Positions 37,104 to 49,028 of a stretch of DNA of 64,000 nt are shown piece after piece; position 1 is the stretch's first letter, and the number at the start of each line of letters is the position of its first letter. Location of the stretch: NCBI GenBank assembly GCA_038087875.1, contig CM075994.1, forward strand, positions 1-64,000. The letters run 5' to 3'. A program made the position numbers and the translations under genes. Below the pieces are notes generated by a model that was given only the letters and a program-made list of their open reading frames with translations, was not told the DNA's origin and made no database searches. This DNA is from Malacoraja senta (taxonomy: Eukaryota).

Positions 37104-39094
37104 CTGGGGCGGATCTACTATGAAACTAATGAAGCTTAAGCTTCAGGGCCCCTAATTCCCAGTAGGGCCCTGGAAGCAACTTCAGTCCAGATATTCTTCC
37201 GATTTAAATCGGAATTCCGATTTTTTTGTTTTCCAAGAAATGAATCTGATTTTTCACCTCGACTAAACTTCTCGCCTCGACTGAACTTCACCTCACACTT
37301 AAACCTCAACTCACTAAACCTCGCCTCAACTAAACCTCCCACCTCACACATAATCCCAACCTCGACTAATCGCCGCCTCTCCCCCGCCCCTGCGGGTCTC
37401 TGGCTCGACATCAATGTACGCGTGCGTGCGCCCCTCCCCCCGGCTCGCTCGGGCAATGCGCCTGCGCCGCTCTCCGCGCTCGGCCCCGCCCCCCTGTTGG
37501 AGCCGTTCCGCTCACGTGAGGCACCGCCAATGGCCGGGGGGGGGGGGGGGGGGGCTATAAATAGCGGGAGCAGAAACTAGGTGGCGATTGGTCGAGGCGC
37601 GGATTGGGTGTGAGGTGAGAGATTTAGTTGTGAGGTGGAAGGTTTAGTTGTGAGGTGGGAGGTTCAGTTACGTTGAGGTGTGGTTAAGAGGTGAGGTGAG
37701 GTGTGAGGTGTGAGGTTTATTTGAGGGATGAGGTTTAGTGAGGTACGGTTTAGTCGAGGCGAGGTTTAGGTGTGAGAACTTTGGCGGTGAGGTATCGGCG
37801 AGGGGTTTAGTGAGGCAAGGGGATTAGTCGAGGTGTTGGTGTGTAGTTGAGGGGAAATGAGCGTAGGTGAGGTGAAGAGAAGTGGGTGGCTGAGCTTTGG
37901 AAGGGAGACCGAGGTGTAGCTGAAGGAGACAAGACTACTGCATTCTGTGGCAGAGAATTCCACAAATTCACAACTCTGGGTGAAAAAGTTTATTCTTATC
38001 TCAGTGCTGGGCAAAGAGACATTTCAGGTAACATTTTTTTGGAAAGATTCTATTAGCTGTATGAGGCCATTTATTGAAACATAAGGTTATTAAGGGTTTG
38101 GACACGCTAGAGCAGGGGTCGGCAACCTTGTTCTGCATAGGGGCCGGGACGCATGTCTGTGAGCGGATGGCGGGCCATATATCACGTCTACAGCATGGAT
38201 CCCGGCCCCCATCCCGCCCCGGATATCAGGCATCAAATCACGTGTTCACAGAAGATAGACAAAAATGCTGGAGAAACTCAGCGGGTGAGGCAGCCTCATG
38301 CAATCCTTGCATGTCTCACCTGCTGAGTTTCTCCAGCACTTTTGTCTACCTTCAATTTTTCCAGCAACTGCAGTTCTTTCTTAAACATGTTCACAGAAGG
38401 AGCGCGACCATGCCAGCGGCTTGCGCAGGATGCAGTACAGCCAGAGCTCGGCCGCTGCTCGGGTTGGCCGGATGATTACGGGGATAAATATCCGCTTGCG
38501 GGCCGGATAATTTCGGTTTATGGGCCGCATTTGGTCCAGGGGCCGTAGATTGTCGACCCCCTGTGCTAGGGGAAATGTAGGAGCTCCTCCATGAAAATGC
38601 AGGAGCTTCAGGGGGCGTTGTCCCGTGATCCGCCACCAGGGCACTGCCCCTGGTCCATGCCGGGGGCCTAGCCAGCCTCCTGGACCCCCGGCCAATACTT
38701 CCTATTCTGGAGGTGAATATCATGCTCAGTCCACATTACTTAAAAGTGTTGGGTCTACTGTATGAGAAAGTTAAAAAAATAATAATAATATTAATAATAT
38801 AGTGTCATTCAATACAAAATAGTTAAAATAAAAATTAAAAGGTTATTAAAGTATCATGTAGGCTAGCCGTAAATGAAAAAAACATTCAAATTAAGAATGT
38901 TTCATTCTAAATGTATTATCAAATAATTATAAATAATTGAAAACACTATTAACACTTATGACAGAAATTAAAATTTGTGGTGATCTGTTGTGGAACATCC
39001 CATTGAAGTGGTTACCCAGACCTCATTGCTGGTTGCGAAGAGGCCCCCATAACAGTTCAAGCTTCAGGGCCCCAAAAATGTAGGTCCGCCACTG
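37104..39094. mobile_element. Non-autonomous hAT element inserted in a CR1 fragment
   Basis: Perfect 8-bp TSD GTGCTGAG (37096-37103, 39095-39102). TIRs CTGGGGCGGATCTAC / GTAGGTCCGCCACTG. AAGCTTCAGGGCCCC subterminal motifs. Confidence 0.9.
38113..38563. mobile_element. Charlie-type hAT MITE nested in the 37104-39094 element
   Basis: CAGGGGTCGGCAACCT / AGATTGTCGACCCCCTG TIRs; degenerate 8-bp TSD CGCTAGAG / TGCTAGGG. Confidence 0.8.
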
Positions 39095-39419
39095 GTGCTG
39101 AGTCTCTTGCCCAAAGTGGGTGAATCGAGGACCAGAGGACATGGGTTTAAGGTGAAGGGAAAAATATTTAATAGGAATCTGAGGGGTAACATTTTCACGC
39201 AAAGGGCGGTGGGTGGGTGGAACAAGCTGCCAGAGGTTATAGTTGAGGAAGGATTTATCCCAACTTTTAAGAAGCAGTTAGACAGGTACAAGTTTGAAGC
39301 GATATGGGCAAACGCCTGCTCCAAAATAGGAATTCAACAGAAACACACGAAAACAGCCAGATTGTTAACGCAACAACATTTGTGAAACCACTGTAAGAAG
39401 GGCGTTAAACTCACTTTTC

Positions 39420-39780
39420 CTTACCCTCGGGGGTGAAATTCTATTACGTTTTGCATTTGTTAAACGCTGAATCATTAAAGATAGATGATGAAAGCCGTTT
39501 ACATAATTCACACTGCGACTTCAGATTCCCAAACAACAAAACTCACCACGATATTTGTTCACCAGATTCGATGCCTCTGGAGTCTTGGTCGCTGCTCACC
39601 TTTACACCGGGTTGTCCAGCTCGCTGGCGAGGAAGTCTAGTCCGTGAGATCGAGTTGGACGGGTGTCCGGCCAGTAAAAGCAGATCGCTACTTGAAATAT
39701 CCAGCCACTCGGCGACAGGAGACGGACGGCTACTCTGATGTGAAGTTTATCCAGATACCAGAACCCAGCGTCTCCGCTCG
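39420..39780 (-). promoter_or_regulatory. Candidate CpG-rich promoter / non-coding first exon of gene B
   Basis: Non-repeat, CpG-rich island upstream of the signal exon, which has its own acceptor. Minus-strand donors include GTG|GTGAGT at 39546 and AGG|GTAAGG near 39424. ETS-type AGGAAGT at 39630-39636. Confidence 0.4.
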
Positions 39781-40134
39781 GCGACACAGCGGTAGAGTTG
39801 CTGCCTTGCAGGGCCAGAGACCCGCGGGTATGGGTGCTCGTCTGCACGGCCGGGTTCAATCCTGACTATGAGTGGTCTTCTGTACGGTGCATTTACACTT
39901 GGTGTGAGTGTAAATTGTCCCGTGTGGGCGCGGAGACGGCTTCAGCAAAGCAATCCTAGTCCCACCACCTTAAAAAACAAACGTCCTTTAATTTCTCCTG
40001 AGAAATGAGCCCCACTCCTCGACAATGTGAACCCTCCGGCCATGTTTTAAGAGGTGGTGGACATTCACCCCCACCCCCCCCCCAAGGTTTTGTCATCCGG
40101 ATTTTAAAATCTCCGCGGAGGTGGTTAAGATGCG

Positions 40135-41418
40135 GTTGTCCACTTTGACTGCTTTGGTGCCACCTCCTGCACCCACACACAACTGACTGACTTCAACCAC
40201 TTCACCACCAACTTCCATCCGGCACTCAAATACACCTGGACCATTTCCGACACTTCCCTACCATTCCTTGACCTCACTATCTCCATCGCAGGTGATAGAC
40301 TTCTGACCGACATTCACCATAAACCTACTGACTCCCATGGCCATCTGGACTACACTTCTTCCCACCCTGCTTCCTGTAAGGACTTCATCCCCTACTCCCA
40401 ATTCCTCCGTCTGCGCCGCATCTGCTCCCAGGATTAGGCGTTCCACACCATGGCATCTGAAATGTCCTCATTCTTCAGGGATCGGGGGTTCCCCTCCTCC
40501 ACCATAGATGAGGCTCGCACCAGGGTCTCTTCCATACCCCGCAACAATGCTCTCTCTCCCCAACCCCCCACTTGCAACAAGGGCAGAGTCCCCCTAGTCC
40601 TCACCTTTCACCCCACCAGCCGTCACATACAACAAGTAATCCTTTGTCAGTTTCGCCACCTCCAACGTGACCCCACCACTCGCCACATCTTCCCATCTCC
40701 CCCCATGTCTGCCTTCCGCAAACACCGCTCCCTTCGTAACTCCCTTGTCAATTCTTCCCTTCCCTCCCGTACTACCCCCTCCCCGGGCACTTTCCCTTGC
40801 AACCGCAAGAGATGCTACACTTGTCCCTTTACCTCCCCACTCGACTCCACTCAAGGACCCAAGCTGTCCTTCCAGATGCGACAGAGGTTCACTTGCATCT
40901 CCTCCAACCTCATCTATTGCATCCGCTGCTCTACATCTCAGCTGATCTACATCAGTGAGACCAAGCAGAGGCTTGGCGATCGTTTCGCCGAACACCTCCG
41001 CTCGGTCCGCAATATCCAACCTGACCTCCCGGTGGCTCAGCACTTCAACTCCACCTCCCATTCCGTATCCGACCTCTCTGTCCTGGGTCTCCTCCATGGC
41101 CAGAGCGAGCAACACCGGAAATTGGAGGAACAGCACCTCATATTCCACTTGGGGAGTCTGCATCCTGGGGGCATGAACATTGAATTCTCCCTATTTTGTT
41201 AGCCCCTGCTGTCTCCTCCCCTTCCTATCTCTCCCTCAGCCCTCAGGCTCCTCCTTTTTCCTTTCTTCTCCCCGCCCCCACCCCCTATCAGTCTGAAGAA
41301 GGGTTTTGGACCGAAACGTTGCCTATTTCCTTCGCTCCACAGATGCTGCTGCACCCACTGAGTTTCTCTAGCATTTTTGTGTACTTTCGATTTTCCAGCA
41401 TCTGCAGTTCCTTCTTAA
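40135..41418 (+). mobile_element. Penelope-like element (RT C-terminus, GIY-YIG endonuclease, 3' repeat with hammerhead)
   Basis: PFLDLTISI..HKPTDSH; ORF 40450-41202 with CxxCxxC and NLIYCIRC..YISETKQRLGDRFAEH; CTGAAGAA..CCGAAACGTT at 41293-41320. Confidence 0.92.
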
Positions 41419-41516
41419 ACATAGACCAGAGCAAGATGCGCCACTGAGCGAAAAAAGCGTAGTATGACGTGTGTGATTGTCGACGCCATTTCACAGGACT
41501 GCCCCCACACTGTCAT

Positions 41517-42583
41517 ACATAGAAACATAGAAACATAGAAAGTAGGTGCAGGAGTAGGCCATTCGGCCCTTCGAGCCAGCACCGCCATTCAATATGATCA
41601 TGGCTGATCATCCAAACCAGTATCCTGTACCTGCCTTCTCTCCATACCCCATGATCCCTTTAGCCACAAGGGCCACATCTAACTCCCTCTTAAATATAGC
41701 CAATGAACTGGCCTCAACTACCTTCTGTGGCAGAGGATTCCACAGATTCACCACTCTCTGTGTGAAAAATGTTTTTGTCATCTCGGTCCTAAAAGATTTC
41801 CCCCTTATCCTTAAACTGTGACCCCTTGTTCTGGACTTCCCCAACATCGGGAACAATCTTCCTGCATCTAGCCTGTCCAACCCCTTAAGAATTTTGTAAG
41901 TTTCTATAAGATCCCCCCTCAATCTTCTAAATTCTAGCGAGTACAAGCCGAGTCTATCCAGTCTTTCTTCATATGAACGTCCTGACATCCCAGGAATCAG
42001 TCTGGTGAACCTTCTCTGTACTCCCTCTATGGCCAGAATGTCTTTCCTCAGATTTGGAGACCAAAACTGTACGCAATACTCCAGGTGTGGTCTCACCAAG
42101 ACCCTGTACAACTGCAGTAGAACCTCCCTGCTCCTATACACAAATCCTTTTGCTATGAATGCTAACATACCATTCGCTTTCTTCACTGCCTGCTGCACCT
42201 GCATGCCTACTTTCAATGACTGGTGTACCATGACATCCAGGTCTCGTTGCATCTCCCCTTTTCCTAATCGTCCACCATTCAGATAATAGTCTACTTTCCT
42301 GTTTTTGCCACCAAAGTGGATAACCTCACATTTATCCACATTATACTGCATCTGCCATGCATTTGCCCACTCACCCGGCCTATGCAAGTCACCTAGCAGC
42401 CTCCTTCCATCCTACTCACAGCTAACACTGCCCCCCAGCTTCGTGTCATCCGCAAACTTGGAGATGTTGTATTCAATTCCCTCGTCCAAATCATTAATAT
42501 ATATTGTAAATAGCTGGGGTCCCAGCACTGAGCCTTGCGGTACCCCACTAGTCACTGCCTGCCATTCTGAAAAGGACCCGTTT
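41517..42583 (-). mobile_element. 5'-truncated CR1 LINE
   Basis: [28 protein letters not shown] motifs; (TTCTATGT)n tail. Same young subfamily as 26070 and 50385. Confidence 0.95.
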
Positions 42584-42599
42584 ACGACTCTTTACGTCA

Positions 42600-43850
42600 C
42601 GACGTCCACATCTACAGCTCGGTGTAAATTTCTCTAATCGCCGATGTTGACAACTCAACCTGTCTTTCTTCAGGTTCCCCAACAACAAAGAAAGGTGAGG
42701 AAATATTATTGTTTTCTGTCGACATTATTCTGTCCTGAAAATATTATTTTTTGTTCCCCTATCAACACTCATTGGGAAACTAGGGTTGTTGGTACATTAG
42801 AAAGTTACTAGATTTTTTTTTAATAGATCTAAACTTACCACAATAATATAGTCAGCAATTTTTGTTCTTCTGTACATTTTAGTTTTTGTTTCTGTACTGC
42901 AGGAGTCTCCAAAATATGGTCCGTAGGGAGAGAGGGAGAGAGAGAGAGAAGGGGCAGAGAGAGATGGGGAGAGAGACACATCAGGCCCATCACGTGATTT
43001 TAACCTCAGATTCGAGTTGCGGAGCGCGGCAGCCCGGGGCTGCCCTCAGTGTTGTTACCGATTAGATCCCTCGAATTGTCAGAGCTGAGACATCACTGGG
43101 CCGTCATGAAGAAGGGTGCAATGGTGCGGTGCGGGGTTCGGCGGCGATCAGAATGGGACGGCTGTGCGTTATTATCTCTCTCCCCATCTCTCTCTGCCCC
43201 TTCTCTCTCTCTCTCTCTCCCTGTCTCCCTGTCTCTCTCTGCCCCTTCTCTCTCTCTCTCCTCTCTCCCTGTCTCTCTCTATCTCGGTCTCTGCCCCATC
43301 TGCCTTTCTCGCTTTTCCTTCCCTCTCTCTCTGTCTGTCTCTGCCCGAGAGTTGGCAGCCCTGCTAGTGTCTTAGGTCCAAAAGAGGATAGAAAGAAAAT
43401 ACTTTAAATGGTCTACGTAAGACGTTTTAAATAAGCTCTTCTACATTGAAGGTAAATTGACATATTAGTGGCAAAATGCATCTTCAATATACAGGTCTCT
43501 CCCCACAACTGAACAATTGCACTTAAATGATATATCATCCATTATGCAGATATGTAGTTATAACTACATTTTTTTCCTTCTTAGTTAATCCTATATGAGA
43601 TTTGCTGTAATTTCAGATGTCGACAGCGGGTCCAGAATACTCGTCGACAAGATCTCCACCACCAAATTCTGGTGTACTTGTCAACCACCTGCCGTCTTTG
43701 TTCTGAACACTGAACTTGACTAGTTTTCCAACAGGCAGACCAATAACAGGCTAAATTGCAATGCAGTTCCAACGCTATTTGACATCCCGAACACGCCGAA
43801 ACGTCTGTTTTCCCAACGCCGGTTACTCAAGAGGAAGAATGAGAACCTCC
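42600..43850 (+). pseudogene. Degenerate two-exon THAP domain (transposon-associated)
   Basis: Exon 1 ..VNFSNRR..LSFFRFPNNKER|GTGAGG (donor at 42695). Exon 2 after tgtaatttcAG (43618): CRQRVQNTRRQDL..CRLCSEH*..RLNCNAVPTLFDIPN. Contains stops and frameshifts. Confidence 0.75.
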
Positions 43851-44346
43851 CGTTATCCACACAAAATTGTGCAAATGACGATTTATTTATTATTGTATAT
43901 AAGTTGGAAATTTTGTTCTTTGGGGTAAGCAAGGGGTGGGGCTATCGTTGTCTGAAATATGTTGAATTTTACATCACTTTCAAAACACTGCATCCCCCTG
44001 TATATGTTGAGCACAAAATGATGTGAATTATGTAAATATTACCATAAATGATGGAATTAAAAAGTGTTTTCCTTGTTTATAAAGTCCAATTTAGAGTTAT
44101 TTGAAATTGTGGGGGTTGGTGCAATATACGGCTGACCCACAAATGTGTCGTTATGAGACATTCACATTTTAAAAATCCATGTCTCAAAAAAAAGCAAGAA
44201 GGTCCCCATATTATTTGACCAACTTATCGACTGAATTTAAACATGGGATGTATGCACTACATTGTGTTACGCTAATCTAGAATGAAAGAATGGAAAATAT
44301 TTCGACATTGTGTTCATGGATATTTTATTCAGAATATTAGGATTTC

Positions 44347-44466
44347 GTATATATTTTATATATATATATATGTGTGTGTATGTGTGTGTGTGTGTATATA
44401 TATGTGTATACATACAAATATGTATGTGTATATATATGTGTATACACATATATTGTAATATATATT

Positions 44467-44503
<37 letters not shown>

Positions 44504-44540
44504 ATATATATATTGTGATATATATATATATATGTATATA
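44347..44540. repeat. (TA)n/(TG)n compound microsatellite
   Basis: Direct reading. Confidence 0.95.
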
Positions 44541-44544
44541 GTGC

Positions 44545-44907
44545 GGGGCTGGTCCCGACATCGCGCGGGACTCCAAAAATCTTGCACTGTCCGAAAATCC
44601 CACGTGCCAACAGCCTGTCGGCCTGCAGGCGCATTGAGGGCATACGCAGCGTCTCGACGGGCGTACGCAGCGTCTCGACGGGCATACGCAGCATCTTGAT
44701 GTCGTGCAGCGCCTTGATGTCGTAAGCAGCATCTTGACGCCGTACGCCTAGCGCGTGGCGTTGTGCGATGACGTCACCGCCCAGCGTGCCAACTCTCTAC
44801 GCCTCCGCGCTTCGAAGTGGGACCGGCCCCGCGCGGCCGTAGGCCTCAAGCGACCACGTTTGGTCGCGCTAGATGCATGCAATCGCATGCTGGTGGGACA
44901 GGCCCTT
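44545..44907. mobile_element. PIF/Harbinger-type MITE with internal 21- and 18-bp tandem repeats
   Basis: GGGGCTGGTCCC ... GGGACAGGCCCT termini; gggcatacgcagcgtctcgac repeats. Confidence 0.65.
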
Positions 44908-45859
44908 AACTTGCCTCTCACACACAGGCACACACAAACACACATTCATATCAATATATATATATAAGTTAAATTTAATTTTGTGCACAGGGTGTGTTAA
45001 AGCAATACAAGGGAAGCTGCACAATACAATGCAAGGGAAACTACGCACAGGTGGGGGCTGGGGAGTAAAGATGGGAGGGAAATGGGGGAACAGGGGGAAA
45101 ACATTTACAATAAAATTAACTAAAATATGTGATGTGATAGATGCGCTGTATCAAACACTGTTCCCTACAACACTGATTACACCAAGGATGATAGAGCGGA
45201 GGGCACAGCGGGAGGCATACCGGAAGTCACGTTTGGCATAAACAAATGGAGGCCGTGACGTTCCGTTACGTACTACACGTCAGTCCATTGGATTTCAGTG
45301 GAGTGGTTTATCTTGCTCCTCTATAATCTCTGCTTCTAATGCCGTGAACGCCGACAACGGGGACGGATTTCAGGTACAGGACAGCTAAAGGAAAGCCGTT
45401 TATTTTACATATAAACGTGCTTTTTAGGATTACCTTAATCCATATTATACGTTGCGAAAAGGTGATTTAGGCCCCATACGAACCGGCAGTGTTTTTCCTG
45501 CCAATATGGGGTTTAAATTCACTGCAACCGCAACGTTCCAAACGATCGCGTTCCACAAAATCCCACTCGCAAGATGATTTAAATGGCCATTAATTTATGG
45601 GAATTAAACACTAAATTCCTTCCATTTGGCCTATAAATTAATGACAATGAGATTTAGAAATCATGTTATATTGTGAATTCTTGTGTGAATGTTATTTGGA
45701 CACTTAGGCTATTTAAAAATATTAATCTTTTCTTAAGAAATGGATAGATGTTTAGATCTAGTAATTGAATTTTGTAATTAGCTACAATTGGGTAACTAAC
45801 TAATTATATGCTTTAATTTCAGGTCATCCAAGTAAGATTGTTTCATATTTGTTTCAGAA

Positions 45860-46212
45860 GGGGGGATGATAGTTGAAGAGTTGGTATGTCCCATTTACGT
45901 AATGCTCATAAAAATATTTGTTTCTCTCTTTTTCCTCTTTCTCTCTCTCTTTCTTTCCTAGGGTCTATTTCTTAACTCTTTTTCTTTTGTTTTTAATTTT
46001 GTTCTTATAGGGTCTTCGTCCTTTTTTGTTGTCACATTTCCTACACTTTCACTTTTTCCTTCACTTTCTTCTTTCTTTCAATCTTTTCCTTTTCTAGTGT
46101 AAAATATAAATGGAGTACATTAATTGTAAGAAGATATAAATGACGAGTACTAATGTATGTGGTTGTAATGTAATGTACTTCTAATAAATAAAAATTAAAA
46201 AAATATATATAT
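45860..46212 (+). mobile_element. L1 3'UTR insertion with 15-bp TSD
   Basis: TSD ATATTTGTTTCAGAA (45845-45859, 46213-46227); AATAAA plus A-rich/(TA)n tail. Confidence 0.85.
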
Positions 46213-47730
46213 ATATTTGTTTCAGAATGCTTCAATCTATAATAATTGAAATTGTCCTTCAGTTCTCTTAATTTTTAAGAAAGTTATGGGCTTTCGTCTG
46301 TCCTCGATCACAGCTTTTGTGTTAAGATTTTGGAAGAGCAATAGGGAACAAGATGCTAATTTCCGAGTATGAAAATGGCCATAACATTTTTAATACTGAA
46401 GATATGAAAGTGAATTAGGTGTCAAATTAAACGTTTTATGCTTTATCTGATGGGATAAATTGCAGACTTCATTTTTTAAATCTCAAAATTTTGTAACATT
46501 GCTAAGACCTGCGCCTCGTCCGCAGCCAGGATCGATCCCGGCCGGCTCTCCGGCGCTGTCCCATCCGGCTCTCCGGTGCTGTCCCGTCCCCACCCGAGTG
46601 CCCCCCCCCCACGGGTGGCCAGAGAGGTCGGGAGTCAGATGGGAGCTGTACCCCCAGGCCCACAGCCAGCACAGAGAAGCAGCGCTAAACCCAGCTCAAC
46701 TCTGCCTGTCCCGCCAGGTTAACCTGCCTGGGCTTGCGGGAAATATGGCCAGCGCGGAGAAGCAGCGCTGGTGTCCTGTCAGTCCAGGCAGGGCTGTAGG
46801 TTAACCCGGCGAGACAGGCAGAGTTGAGCTGCATTTAACGCTGGATTGAGCCTCCGAAGCCTCGCATGTATGTGTGTGTGAGTGTGCGCATGCGCGCGCG
46901 GCCTCCAAAAAATTGTGTCCCCCCTGTCCCCCGGTCCCCTCCATATTTTGTTAGCGATTTCCGGGTGGGGGGAGGATGAGGTCGGCATGTCGGTGCATGT
47001 CGGCATGTCAGTGACTCTGGGTGGGCGGAGGAAGCAGACCGTCCCCAACTTTGCTGCAGCTGACATTGCCAGGTGCCGCGGCCCCGCTTCACCCAGCCCC
47101 GCTCCCGGCCCCGCGCCACTCGGCCCCGTGTGTGGGCGCTACCGACCCACAGCCCCAGACAGTGCGGCCCACAGGGGGAGACAGCGGAGGGCGGCCGTGG
47201 CCGGTCAGCGCTGACCCCGGGGGGAGGGGGGAGAGTGGGGGCTGTCCCGAGGGATGCGCTCCTGCCGCTTACACCTTGGTGCTTGGGTTCAGAGCAAAGA
47301 TACTAGAGCATTTGGTTCAGAGCGCTTAGTCACCCCAAAAAATAACCCCACAATATTGCAATCAAATTGCTCTGACTTTGAGTTTGCTTTATTTAGCAAA
47401 GGCTTCTCATGGTGGTGCTGTCTCTCTGGACATGACAATGAATGCGGCTATTAGTCGCGGATTGTAAAAGACGCTACACCATGAGATAACACCAGTTTAA
47501 ACTTGATACCTTCCTGCTTTCAATGACAGCACCCACAATTATTTACAGTGCAAAAAATGATCGTTTTGGCGGTTTTTAACAGGAAAGAAGGTACGCGTTT
47601 CATGTGTTAACAGTGTGTACCGAGGCCGCCATATCCTCCACATGGATTGAGCTGCTCCGTGCGTCACGCTCTTTGACCCGATGACCTTACGTGCAACCCC
47701 CCTATAGGACATTGGTGAGGCTGCATTTTA

Positions 47731-49028
47731 AGGGCTTGTCCCACTTGGGCCACATTTTCGGGGACAGCCTGAAAAGAGTTTGTCGCGGCGTGGTTGGGGC
47801 GTGTCGCGAGGTGAAGCTTGTAGTGACGCGCAGTGTCTCCCTGCCGCCCCTGGATTTTAGAAAGTTCAAAATCTTCAGGCGACATCTGGGTGTCTCATCA
47901 TGTCGTGCGCCTTGTCACACGCTGACGTATGCTGTCCTGTGGGTGACGCCCGGTTATGTTTAGGGCTCGGGTTAGGGCTAGGTGCTAGGGGCTAGTGTTA
48001 GGGTTAGGGTTAGGGTTTCCTCCTGCACTCCAAAGGCGCACAAGTTTGTGGGTTGATAGGATTGGTATAAGAATATATTGTCCCTAGCGTGTGTGGGATA
48101 ATGTTAGTGTGCGGGGATCGCTGGTCGGTGTGGACTCGGTGGGCCAAAGGGCACAGTATTGCTAAACTAAATGTGACACAGGGGCCCCAGGCATTGGACT
48201 CAAACCCCTAATGTTCTGCCTGCTCCTCATGGGAACTAAACTGTTTGCCATGAGTTGTTCCAGAGGCAGATCTCTCTTCTAATTGTCTCTCCAAACCCCC
48301 AGAGACAGCGGGCTTTTCAACTGGGTACAGGCAATGTTGTCAATGTACCAGTGCCACCCACCTGCTCCGGTCACTAAATACCCACCACCCATTTTGAAGC
48401 AAGGCAAGGGGGCGGGGGGAAGGGGGGGGGTGTTTGGAGAATGGGAGAAGGAAGGGAGAGAGGGAGAAGGGGATGTGAGCAGAGGGGAGGTGTGAAGAAG
48501 GGGGAGAAGAGTGGAGCGGGGAGAAGGGAGGAAGAGGGGGGAAGGGAAGAAGGGGGAGAGGGGAGGGGAGAAGGGTAGGGGGAGTGGAGAAGGAGGGATG
48601 GGGGGAAGAGGGGGGTGGAGGGGAGAGAGGAGTTCAGTCTGCACTCACTGAATCTATTCCTGTGAAAAGTTAGAGACAGTGATTGGATCTGGAAGCAGAC
48701 CAATACATCTGTAAATAAAATTGAACGACTCAGACATCTTTTCATTTTCACAATTGATTTTATTGTATTAATTTCAAAATATTAATGTTTTAAATCCATG
48801 CATTGAAGGAAGAATAAGTTACAGCCCATCTGTGGTCCCTAACCCCAACCCTCGCCCTACCTCTAACCCTAGCCCTGACCCTAACCCTAACCATAACCGG
48901 ACGTCACCCGCAGGACAGCATACATCAGCGTCTATGTTGTACAACCTGACGGTTTTTCGGGCAACTACGGGCGTCAGTCACTGATGCTCACAGTCGCCGG
49001 AAAAAAATCGCAAAGTGGGACAGGCCCT
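47731..49028. mobile_element. PIF/Harbinger-type element with inverted telomere-like arms, inserted in CR1
   Basis: TIRs AGGGCTTGTCCCACTT / AAGTGGGACAGGCCCT; TTA TSD; CR1 frame YRTLVRLH|..EYCAHFWAP rejoins across it. Confidence 0.85.

Noticed and set aside
39518..39540. FRFPNNK match to the THAP exon at 42668
   Set aside because: Similarity is limited to ~22 nt with no flanking THAP motifs; likely chance.
43049..43407. Ser/Leu-rich ORFs
   Set aside because: Translation of (TC)n low-complexity sequence.
44267..44732. Tyr/Ile-rich ORFs
   Set aside because: Translation of the (TA)n microsatellite.
44638..44750. Short regularly spaced repeats resembling a CRISPR array
   Set aside because: Head-to-tail tandem repeats without unique spacers, inside a MITE in eukaryotic DNA.
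47960..48892. Inverted telomeric arrays as a chromosome fusion scar
   Set aside because: Short, degenerate, separated by ~800 bp and enclosed in a transposon with a TSD.
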